Notes under the pieces: model-generated
Seen by the model: only the letters and a program-made list of their open reading frames with translations
Told to the model about the DNA's origin: nothing
Databases searched by the model: none
Shown here: in pieces, positions 25,818-33,668 of the stretch
Position numbering within the stretch: position 1 is the first letter of the stretch
Layout: every line of letters starts with the position of its first letter
Source: Collinsella aerofaciens
GTDB lineage: Bacteria > Actinomycetota > Coriobacteriia > Coriobacteriales > Coriobacteriaceae
Assembly (NCBI GenBank): GCA_048502435.1
Contig: DBFRXD010000050.1
Coordinates: forward strand, 667 to 64,666
Direction: 5' to 3'
DNA: 64,000 nucleotides
Made by a program: the position numbers and the translations under genes

Positions 25818-25843
25818 AAGGGCCTCGCACGCAGGCGAAGCCC
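25816..25843 (-). terminator. Rho-independent terminator after the ABC1-kinase gene
   Basis: Minus strand: GGGCUUCGC-CUGCGU-GCGAGGCCC followed by UUUUG. Confidence 0.7.
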
Positions 25844-25894
25844 AAGGTAAAAGCTATTGTTTGCGATAGGAGAATGCGGTGACGGTCACAGCCT

Positions 25895-27658
25895 CTAGTG
25901 CTTGCCGCCGTGGCTGTTGAGCCAGATATTGCGACCCAGCATAAGCGCCAGCACCAGCGCGCTCACGTAGCCCATAAAGCCAATGACTGGGATACCAAAC
26001 ACAACCGGCTCGATGCGTGCATAGTACACCACCGACGAACCGATAAACAGACCGGCGATCACAATCGCCATCGACATGCGGTCGATGATTCCGCCCAGCT
26101 GTCGCAGCGCCTTATCGCTGCTCATAATCTGCGTGTTCACCTTAAGCTGGCCGCGCGTGAGCATACGCGAAGCCAAGCCCAGATACTCGGCCGCCTCGAG
26201 CGAGCCTTTTGCCGCGCGATAGCTGCTCGCGGCAAAGTCGCGGCTCATCTCGCGCATGCGGGCGTAGGTGCTCTTCTCGTTTTTGATGTGCGTCTGGATA
26301 ATCTGGATCATGTTGACGTTGGGCATGTACTCGGTCAACAGGCCCTCGAGCGTCACCATGCCGCGGGCGAACATCGTCACCACGCTCGGCAGCTCAACGT
26401 CATTCTTACGCGCGAGGTTTAACAGCGAGGTCAAAAACTCGCCGATATCCAGATCCTTCAGGTCAAGGCCCGCAAAGTCAGCCACGATAAAGTCAAGGTC
26501 GGACAAAAACGCTGAATGATCGAGCTCGGCCGAATCGCCACGCGTCACGGCGAAGCGCATGAGCGAATCCTTGAGCTTGGGCACGTCACCCTCGGCCACG
26601 GCGAAAATCATGTCCTTGACGATACCGCGATCGTGACTCGACATGCGTCCGACCATGCCCAAGTCGATAAAGTAGACGATGCCGTCCTTGAGAATGATGT
26701 TTCCCGCATGCGGGTCGGCATGGAAAAAACCGTCATCGAGCACCTGCGTAGAGTAGTCCTCGACAATCGCGGCACCGATCTTTTCCAAGTCATAGCCCTC
26801 GGCCACCAAGCGTTCGGGATCGGCGATCGAAATGCCGTCGACGTAGTCCATAACCACCACGTGCTCGGTGCACAGGTCCAGATAGGATTTAGGGCACGTC
26901 ACGCCATGAACGCTCTTATGGAACTCGTAGAAGTCGTTGAGGTTTTTGGCCTCGGCCAAAAAGTTGGTCTCCTCGCGAAACGAGGTCCACAACTCCTCGA
27001 CTACGCCGTGCAGATCAACGAATTGATCGGTGTTGACGAACTTGGAAACGATACGCACCACCGAGCGGATGATATCGATGTCCTGTGCCATAACCTGCTG
27101 CGCACCGGGGCGCTGCACCTTAACGGCCACGTCCTCGCCGGTCACCAGGCGGGCGCGGTGCACCTGCGCGAGCGATGCGCTACCAAGCGGATTGGGGTCG
27201 ATCGCGTCGAACATCTCCCCCAGGCGCAGGCCGTATTCCTCTTCCAAGCAGCGAAGCACTACCTCGTACGGCACCGGCTCCACGTCGGAGCGCAGACGAC
27301 GCAGCTCGTCGCAAAAGCGTTGCGGCAGAATCTCGGACCGGTTGGCCAGAATCTGCCCCATCTTGACGAACATGGGGCCGAGCTCCTCGAGCAGGCGGCG
27401 CAAACGAACCGGCGTGAGGTTATCCCACACGCGGTACTTTTTGACCAGGCGAACAATCTGCCCGATGCGTTCGCGACGACCCGCCGGCGTGAGCTGGTAT
27501 TCCTCGTCCGGCGCCATCGCGTCGGGCTCTTCGGGCACCATATCGACAGCGCGCGGCTTTTTGCGAGCGCCCGAGACGGCGGCATCGACCTCATCGACAA
27601 CCGCCGCCTCGTCACCCAAAGGATCTAGATTGTTGTAATCGGTGGTGGAATCTGCCAT
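25895..27658 (-). CDS. ABC1/UbiB (AarF)-family atypical kinase with C-terminal transmembrane segments
   Basis: 587-aa ORF. FVKMGQILANRSEILPQRFCDELRRLRSDV...GSASLAQVHRARL...AVKVQRPG...HADPHAGNI...IDLGMVG is the typical ABC1 pattern. The C-terminus is hydrophobic. Confidence 0.85.
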   Translation of the reverse strand: MADSTTDYNNLDPLGDEAAVVDEVDAAVSGARKKPRAVDMVPEEPDAMAPDEEYQLTPAGRRERIGQIVRLVKKYRVWDNLTPVRLRRLLEELGPMFVKMGQILANRSEILPQRFCDELRRLRSDVEPVPYEVVLRCLEEEYGLRLGEMFDAIDPNPLGSASLAQVHRARLVTGEDVAVKVQRPGAQQVMAQDIDIIRSVVRIVSKFVNTDQFVDLHGVVEELWTSFREETNFLAEAKNLNDFYEFHKSVHGVTCPKSYLDLCTEHVVVMDYVDGISIADPERLVAEGYDLEKIGAAIVEDYSTQVLDDGFFHADPHAGNIILKDGIVYFIDLGMVGRMSSHDRGIVKDMIFAVAEGDVPKLKDSLMRFAVTRGDSAELDHSAFLSDLDFIVADFAGLDLKDLDIGEFLTSLLNLARKNDVELPSVVTMFARGMVTLEGLLTEYMPNVNMIQIIQTHIKNEKSTYARMREMSRDFAASSYRAAKGSLEAAEYLGLASRMLTRGQLKVNTQIMSSDKALRQLGGIIDRMSMAIVIAGLFIGSSVVYYARIEPVVFGIPVIGFMGYVSALVLALMLGRNIWLNSHGGKH

Positions 27659-27666
27659 CTGCGCTG

Positions 27667-28083
27667 CTACTCGGCCTCTTCGGTATCCTTCGCATCATCG
27701 GGCTCAACGGACTCGACGGGCACCGAGGTCACGTTGTCCTCGACCGAATCGACGATGTCGCGCACATGGGCCAGGAAGGCCGTGCGCTCGGGGGCGGTCA
27801 TGACGCGGACCCGGGCAAGGATGAGCTCGTCAAGCACGCGCTGGGCCGCGGTCTCGCCCTGCATGCCCAAGCGCTCGGTCAGATCGGAGATGGTACCGCC
27901 GGCCTGCTCGAACATGTCGGACACACTGCGGGCGATATCGGGGGTGGCGGTGTCCTTGCGGACCTGCTCGCCCTTGGTGTTAAGGTCGTCGAGGACCTTC
28001 TTGCCGCCTTCGACAGCAACGGCGGCAGCGCCAAAGCCCACGTTAATGGCGCCGTTAACAAGCTGATCGAGTTTCATAACCAT
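27667..28083 (-). CDS. Small helical hypothetical protein (phasin-like), co-oriented with the ABC1 kinase
   Basis: ORF 27667..28095. The ATG at 28083 follows GGAGA. It is Ala/Glu/Asp-rich with an acidic C-terminus and stops 8 nt before the ABC1 kinase start. The family call is weak. Confidence 0.5.
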   Translation of the reverse strand: MVMKLDQLVNGAINVGFGAAAVAVEGGKKVLDDLNTKGEQVRKDTATPDIARSVSDMFEQAGGTISDLTERLGMQGETAAQRVLDELILARVRVMTAPERTAFLAHVRDIVDSVEDNVTSVPVESVEPDDAKDTEEAE

Positions 28084-28182
28084 GGTTATCTCCAATCACA
28101 AACAACTGCATTGGCGTTCTTGTACCCAAGATTGAGCGAAAGCGACAAAGCGTTTTAGCGCTATTCGATCGACGGGAAATCC

Positions 28183-29706
28183 CTACCTCACGTTGTCATT
28201 CATCGCGAAAGAGTTCTTCATGGCGCAGCTCGTGGTGTAAAGCACCTTGCCCAGCAGGGCATCGGTCTCCACGCGAACACGCTCGGCAAAGGCCTCGTTG
28301 GCGCGTGCAAGCTCGGCAGGCACCTCGACCTCGGGCAGAGCGGCTACGGCAGCGTCGACGTCATGGATCTGCTTGTGGCCCATGCCACCGATCTTCTCCT
28401 GATAATCCTCGACCGCGCGGCCGCACTCATGGAAGCGGACGTCAGCCAGCGCGCCGATCAGGCGGTTGGCCCAGTAGAAGTTTTCGGACGTCACGCGAGC
28501 CTGCGTGTCGGCATAGTACTCGGGCATAGTCTCGACGTTGGCGTACAGCGGAACCAGCGCGTTAAACGAGTTGGAACCAAAGGCCATCCACTGCACGGCG
28601 CGGTAGGCCGGCTGCGCATAGGGGCGCAGCTGCAACACGGCAAGCTGGCTGTTGCGGTTGATGCCGATGGGGCGATAGGCACCACGCGTAGCGGGCGTGC
28701 CCTTGCTGCCGTAGCAGTCGTACTCCGTGCCCTGGTAGTGGCTCGAGAGCACGTACTTGATGTCCTCGATGGTCACCTTGCGCTCGGGCACGCGGCTCCA
28801 GGGGATATCGTCGCTCTCGGGCGTGTAGTCGGCGTCGGGGCCATCCCACACGTCGCTGGGGTTGAGGCAGCGCTGCATGTACCAGGCGCGCGGCGTGTTG
28901 TAGACATGGTCGCTGTCGCTGTGCGAGCCAAAGGCCTCGCGCGGGTTAAAGACGGCAGCCGGGCCGTCGCTCTCGACGCCCAGCGTCAGGTCCAGATGCC
29001 ACTCGGCCATCCAGGCGCGCAGGTCGGCGGAGCACATATGGTCGGCCTGGGCGCCCTCGGCGTCATCCAGGTCAAAGCTGTCGATGCCCAGCTGGTTGGG
29101 CATGGTCACATAGGCGTCGTCAGGCACGCGCTTGGCGATCCAGTGGTGACCGCCGATGGTCTCGAGCCACCAGATCTCGTCCACGTCGCTAAAGGCGATG
29201 CCGTTGTTCTCGTAAGTGCCGTAGCGCTCGAGCAGGTCGCCCAAGATACGCACGCCGTCGCGGGCGGACTTGGCATACGGCAGCACCAGGGTCACCATGT
29301 CCTCCTCGCCCAGACCGCCGGGCTGCGCCGGCACATAGCCGTCCTCGCCCTCGCTGCCCTTGGCGGGCACGTAGTCCACGAGCGGATCGGCGCCGCGGAC
29401 GCGCTCGTTGGTGGTGAGCGTCTCGGTTGCGGACATGCCAACATTGAGCTCGTTGAAGCCCGCCTCGGCCCAAATGCCGTGACCGGGAATAACATCGGGG
29501 ACGCTCGTGTAGCGCATGGGATTATCGGGCAGTTCAACGGTCAGGTGACTCAGGACGCTCGTGTAGACGCGCGGCTGCTCGTCGGGATGCACTACGCGCA
29601 TGTGCTTGGGCTCAAACACCCCGTTGGACGAGTCCTCGTTACGCGCGACCAGGGTCGACCCGTCGTAGCTCGCGTTCTTACCAACCAAAATCGTTGTGCA
29701 CGGCAT
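28183..29706 (-). CDS. C69-family dipeptidase
   Basis: ORF 28183..29712. The second ATG (29706) is better spaced from AAGGAGG. The N-terminus MPCTTILVGKNASYDGSTLVARNEDS has the N-terminal nucleophile Cys typical of peptidase C69. Confidence 0.85.
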   Translation of the reverse strand: MPCTTILVGKNASYDGSTLVARNEDSSNGVFEPKHMRVVHPDEQPRVYTSVLSHLTVELPDNPMRYTSVPDVIPGHGIWAEAGFNELNVGMSATETLTTNERVRGADPLVDYVPAKGSEGEDGYVPAQPGGLGEEDMVTLVLPYAKSARDGVRILGDLLERYGTYENNGIAFSDVDEIWWLETIGGHHWIAKRVPDDAYVTMPNQLGIDSFDLDDAEGAQADHMCSADLRAWMAEWHLDLTLGVESDGPAAVFNPREAFGSHSDSDHVYNTPRAWYMQRCLNPSDVWDGPDADYTPESDDIPWSRVPERKVTIEDIKYVLSSHYQGTEYDCYGSKGTPATRGAYRPIGINRNSQLAVLQLRPYAQPAYRAVQWMAFGSNSFNALVPLYANVETMPEYYADTQARVTSENFYWANRLIGALADVRFHECGRAVEDYQEKIGGMGHKQIHDVDAAVAALPEVEVPAELARANEAFAERVRVETDALLGKVLYTTSCAMKNSFAMNDNVR

Positions 29707-29793
29707 GCGCATCCTCCTTGAGCGAAGAAATCAAACGATAACAGTGTATCGCTTCGGCGCAGAAAGGGCGAAACCACGGCCTCGGCAGCCCCG

Positions 29794-30021
29794 TGGTCAA
29801 AAAATGCCAAATATGAGTACTGTCACCAATTTAGTGGCAGCAAATTTCCCTGTAACGAGTGCCGAAAATCCCCATTTGCCCAAAAGCAAGACAACGTTAT
29901 TCCCCATAAGTTCAATAAAATAGGCTTCCTAACGATAATGGATACCGTTAGGAAGCCAAAAAGACGTAAGACATATGTGACTATCTTGGCAACAGTACTC
30001 ATATTTGGCATTGTTTGACCA
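29794..30021. mobile_element. MITE-like non-autonomous element with 36-bp terminal inverted repeats
   Basis: TGGTCAAAAAATGCCAAATATGAGTACTGTCACCAA (29794-29829) matches the reverse complement of 29986-30021 (TGGTCAAACAATGCCAAATATGAGTACTGTTGCCAA) at 33 of 36 positions. The interior is AT-rich (21 G+C in 29881-29940 by my count). No transposase gene is present. Confidence 0.6.
29923..29957 (-). terminator. Terminator hairpin carried inside the MITE-like element, downstream of folD
   Basis: GGCTTCCTAACG (29923-29934) and CGTTAGGAAGCC (29946-29957) form a perfect 12-bp stem. T/A runs lie on both sides (TATTTTATT on the minus strand). Confidence 0.65.
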
Positions 30022-30060
30022 CGTGGTATATAGCTAACCCCCTCAAACAGCCCAAAACGC

Positions 30061-30915
30061 CTATTTCGATGCGCGCTCCGCCGCCTCAATCACGTGTTTG
30101 GCGAGAATCGCCGTTGTCACGGCGCCCACGCCGCCCGGCACGGGGGTGATGGCACCAACAACCGGCTCCGCGGCAACAAAATCGACGTCACCCACCAGCT
30201 TGCCAGCGTCCTCATCCCAGTTAATGCCCACATCAATGATCGTCTGGTCCTCGCGAACGGCATCCACGCCAATCGTGCGCGCGCGTCCAACGGCTGCGAC
30301 CACAATATCAGCCGCACGACATTCGGCAGCCAAGTCGCGCGTATGCGTATGGCACGTCGTCACCGTGGCATTGCGAGCCGTAAGCATGGCGGCAACGGGA
30401 CGGCCAATCACCAGCGATCGACCGACGACCGCGACCTTGGCCCCATCCAGCTCAACGCCGTAATGGCCCAGCAACGCCAGCACGGCCTCGGCCGTGCAGG
30501 GAGCAAAACCCTCGCCGCGCCCCGAAAGCGTGGTAAGCAGCGAAGACGGCGTCATGGAGTCAACGTCCTTGGCGGGATCGAGCGCTGCGGCGACGGCGTT
30601 CTCGTCAAGGCCGGCGGGCAGCGGGCGGAACATCAGACAGCCATGAACAGCCGAATCAGTATTGATGTCCTCGATGGCCGCCAGCAGCTCGTCCTGCGAA
30701 ACATCGGCAGGAAGCAAAACGCGGCGCGCCTCAATGCCAACCTTCTCGCAGCGCTTGAGAGCGCCGCGCTCGTAGGATAGGTCGTCCTCGCGCTCACCCA
30801 CACGCACGATAGCCAACGTCGGAACAACGCCCCGCTCGCGCAGGGCTGCGCAGCGAGCAGCAAGTTCCTCAGTCAAAGCGCGAGCAACGGGAGCACCCTT
30901 CAGCAGCTCGGCCAT
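30061..30915 (-). CDS. folD: Bifunctional methylenetetrahydrofolate dehydrogenase / methenyl-THF cyclohydrolase
   Basis: ORF 30061..30981; ATG at 30915. MAELLKGAPVARALTEEL...PTLAIVRVGEREDDLSYERGALKRCEKVGI...GRSLVIGRPVAAML...VTTCH...PVPGGVGAVT. Confidence 0.92.
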   Translation of the reverse strand: MAELLKGAPVARALTEELAARCAALRERGVVPTLAIVRVGEREDDLSYERGALKRCEKVGIEARRVLLPADVSQDELLAAIEDINTDSAVHGCLMFRPLPAGLDENAVAAALDPAKDVDSMTPSSLLTTLSGRGEGFAPCTAEAVLALLGHYGVELDGAKVAVVGRSLVIGRPVAAMLTARNATVTTCHTHTRDLAAECRAADIVVAAVGRARTIGVDAVREDQTIIDVGINWDEDAGKLVGDVDFVAAEPVVGAITPVPGGVGAVTTAILAKHVIEAAERASK

Positions 30916-30917
30916 GG

Positions 30918-31550
30918 CTATCCCCTCTTCCTGGCGGCATCGGCGGCACGGCGCGCCAGCGCATCGGCGCGCGGCAGCCACGTATCCAGCAGCTCATCGC
31001 ACGCCGCCTCAAGCTCCTCAGCGCGTGCCCGATCTTTCATAGACGTAGTGTTGGCAAAGAGCGTCAGGCTCGCGCCCTGCATGGCGGCGCGGCAGAATAC
31101 GGCGCCGCACGCCACGTCGGACAGCAGCTGTCGGGAGCCCTTGTCCGCCATGTCCTCGAGCAGCGCCAGCGCGCGCCCGCAGGCATCCATAATGCGATAC
31201 GGTGGCATGGCGGCCACATGCAGCGCATCCTGAATCGCGGTCGCTCGAGCCGGATCGTCACGCGGAATACCGTACGCCGCGGACACCTGCCCGTAGGCAC
31301 GAACGTCCTCGGCAACCAGACCCACAAGTTCCTGCGCCAACTCATCCGCCTGGGCAAACGCGCGCGTCAGATCGTCTGCGCGATCGGCAAGCGCGGGGTT
31401 TGTCGCCCCATAGCGGGCAACCATTCCGCAAAGCGAGGCGCCCAGCGCACCTACAAAGGCGCTCGCGCTGCCACCACCGGGAACCGGCTCGCGCGCGGCC
31501 AGCGCCTCGGCAAAACCGCGACAGGTTTTATCCATCATCTCTTGGCTCAT
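30918..31550 (-). CDS. Cyclodeaminase/cyclohydrolase-family protein (FTCD C-terminal / FchA-like)
   Basis: ORF 30918..31610; ATG at 31550. FAEALAAREPVPGGGSASAFVGALGASLCGMVARY is the typical FTCD_C motif. Its stop lies 2 nt from the folD start. Confidence 0.8.
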   Translation of the reverse strand: MSQEMMDKTCRGFAEALAAREPVPGGGSASAFVGALGASLCGMVARYGATNPALADRADDLTRAFAQADELAQELVGLVAEDVRAYGQVSAAYGIPRDDPARATAIQDALHVAAMPPYRIMDACGRALALLEDMADKGSRQLLSDVACGAVFCRAAMQGASLTLFANTTSMKDRARAEELEAACDELLDTWLPRADALARRAADAARKRG

Positions 31551-31929
31551 ACGCACACGCACCTTCAAGTCATATATATCGGTCGGGCGGCCGACGCCGG
31601 CCGACCGCATCGATCACGTAATGGTGCTAAGTCTAGCCCATAAGTACGCGAGCGTCAGCGCATCTGGCCATCGCGGATTTCTATGGCACGCGATAGGCGT
31701 CGACAACGCAAGCATGGGACACATGGCCCATCTTTCGAGACTCCCGAGCAGCACAAGCTGGGGCATATCTATAAGTAAGGAACCCGTTGGGGAACGGCCG
31801 CGCAACGGCCACAAGCGATGAACGGAGGCATAAGTCGCACAGTACACAGAGACATCCGCCGCCAGCGCAATCAGTACCCCAACAGCATGCGGCGCCGTGA
31901 TGTCATCAGCAGACAAGGAGGACGCCACC

Positions 31930-32529
31930 ATGATGAAAAAGACCCTATCAATCCTTTCCCTTTGCATCGCCCTCTTTGCCGCGCTCGCCCTTGTGCGCTG
32001 CGGCGGGAGCGCATCGGGCGGCGGCAGCGCCCCCAAGAGCGAGAGCAAGGAAAAGGCCCCCGTCGCCAAGAAGACCGACTACATCTGGTTTAAGGTCGAG
32101 ATGCCCGAGGGCGTCGGCGTAAGCGACTCTGCCGGCAAGAATGCCGACAGAGTCCAGCTCACCTTCCCCGAAGACGAGAACGCCTCGGCCGATCGCTTTA
32201 TCCCCGTTTGGAAAAAAGCGCTGACGGCCGAGGAATCCCACGCCGACCAGGCGGAAAAGAAGGGGGATACGTTCCAGTGGAAGGATGGCGGGTCCGTCGA
32301 GTATAACGGCAGGACGTGGCTCGTCGGAACATACGAGGACAACAGCGGCATCTCAACCATGCTTTTTACCGATGTTGAGCCGGGAAGCGTCTACGTCCTC
32401 ATCTCGAACTTCGACCAGCACAAGAAAGAAGCCGAGACACTCCTCAACTCCATCGAGTTCCCCGATGACATGGAAGAGGCAGTTTCCGAGGCACGCGAAG
32501 TCGAGATTTCGAGCATCGAGATCAAGTAA
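31930..32529 (+). CDS. Lipoprotein, hypothetical (tandem paralogue 1)
   Basis: The ATG at 31930 follows AAGGAGGA. MMKKTLSILSLCIALFAALALVRCGG carries a lipobox. The mature part is paralogous to the next gene (DYIWFKVEMPEGV, DRFIPV, YNGRTW, GSVYV, IEIK). Confidence 0.8.
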   Translation: MMKKTLSILSLCIALFAALALVRCGGSASGGGSAPKSESKEKAPVAKKTDYIWFKVEMPEGVGVSDSAGKNADRVQLTFPEDENASADRFIPVWKKALTAEESHADQAEKKGDTFQWKDGGSVEYNGRTWLVGTYEDNSGISTMLFTDVEPGSVYVLISNFDQHKKEAETLLNSIEFPDDMEEAVSEAREVEISSIEIK

Positions 32530-32598
32530 CGGGACACCCGCACGCGCCTACGCGCACCCGCGCACATGCGCCCCATTAAAACAACGGGCGCCCAACCC

Positions 32599-32634
32599 GG
32601 GGAGGGCCGACAGCACCAGCCCTCCCCTCTTTTG
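32599..32634 (+). terminator. Rho-independent terminator after lipoprotein 1
   Basis: GGGGAGGG...CCCTCCCC followed by TCTTTTG. Confidence 0.7.
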
Positions 32635-32770
32635 CGCCCGAACATATTGCCACTTAACGGCGCAAATCCGGCCCTCAGAATGGGACACATGGCCCACCCT
32701 AGCGAGCCGTCCACGCGTACAGTAAAGACAGGTAATCCATGGGCGGTTACAGATCGAGGAGGACACGACC

Positions 32771-33364
32771 ATGAAAAAGAAGGCCTTTGCGATTCTCACC
32801 CTCTGCATCAGTCTCTTTGCCGCAGTTGCCCTGGTGGGCTGCGGTGGCAGCGGCGACGCTACCGGAAGTGGCGGTGGCGGCGGGGCAGAAAAGCCAGCCG
32901 TGGATATGAGGACCGACTTCATTTGGTTTAAGGTCGAGGTTCCCGAGGGCGTCGAGATCACCGACGTTGCCGGCGACACGGCCGATAGGACCCAGTTTAA
33001 GTTCACCGAGAGCGAGCACGCCAGCGATCGCTTCATCCCCGTCTTCGACTCTGACAAGAACGCCGATGAGCTGTTCGACTACGAGGCAAAGTGGAAGGCC
33101 AGCTTTGAGTGGACCGAGAATGACCCCGTCAAGTACAACGGCAAGACTTGGCGCAACGCTTCCTATACACACTCGGGCGGCGTGACGACTGAGTACTTCA
33201 CCGAAGCCGGCGGCGGCAGCGTCTACGTGAGCATCGACAACGTCGAAGAGCACAAGGACGCCGTCGAGACCATGATGAAGTCCCTGGAATTTGCCGATGA
33301 TATCGCCAAGGCCAAGACCGAGGCTATGGATGTTAAGCTCGACGATATCGAGATTAAGCGCTAA
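32771..33364 (+). CDS. Lipoprotein, hypothetical (tandem paralogue 2)
   Basis: MKKKAFAILTLCISLFAAVALVGCGG carries a lipobox. Shared motifs: DFIWFKVEVPEGV, DRFIPV, YNGKTW, GSVYV, IEIKR. Confidence 0.8.
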   Translation: MKKKAFAILTLCISLFAAVALVGCGGSGDATGSGGGGGAEKPAVDMRTDFIWFKVEVPEGVEITDVAGDTADRTQFKFTESEHASDRFIPVFDSDKNADELFDYEAKWKASFEWTENDPVKYNGKTWRNASYTHSGGVTTEYFTEAGGGSVYVSIDNVEEHKDAVETMMKSLEFADDIAKAKTEAMDVKLDDIEIKR

Positions 33365-33435
33365 GCGACTGGCGAGCGCAACGGGAAACACGAGCGCAGC
33401 GAAGCAAGCGACAGTAACCCAGCGCTTCGCACCAA

Positions 33436-33467
33436 GGGAGGGTCGGCTCACCGGCCCTCCCTTTCTT
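33436..33467 (+). terminator. Rho-independent terminator after lipoprotein 2
   Basis: GGGAGGGTCGG...CCGGCCCTCCC followed by TTTCTT. Confidence 0.65.
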
Positions 33468-33668
33468 ATGCCGGTAGCTGGCGAACGCGAGGATGCCGGA
33501 CTCCAAAACTATCCCAAGCGCGCCAGTAGCACCAATAGACAAGCGCCTCAGCACGTCCGCCCGCCGATCAATAGCGCCATGCAGACAATTTAAGCCGACG
33601 CCTTTAAACATCTGGGCAGTATAGTATCCAAAACGAGCGCATAACCGCACCCTGCGAACGGAGGAGTT

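Noticed and set aside
29696-30089. ORFs of 75 aa (+) and 88 aa (-) inside the MITE-like element. Both contain MPNMSTV, which is encoded by the inverted repeats.
   Set aside because: The shared peptide is a by-product of the TIR symmetry. Neither ORF has an RBS, and both run through the terminator hairpin.
31551-31929. A possible THF or ZTP riboswitch upstream of the cyclohydrolase-folD operon, and similarly upstream of fhs at 43706-43849.
   Set aside because: I read both leaders on the minus strand and found only a GC-rich hairpin (31580-31605). None of the conserved THF or ZTP (pfl) core sequences I remember were present, and the fhs leader is only about 145 nt. A cmscan would be needed to exclude them formally.
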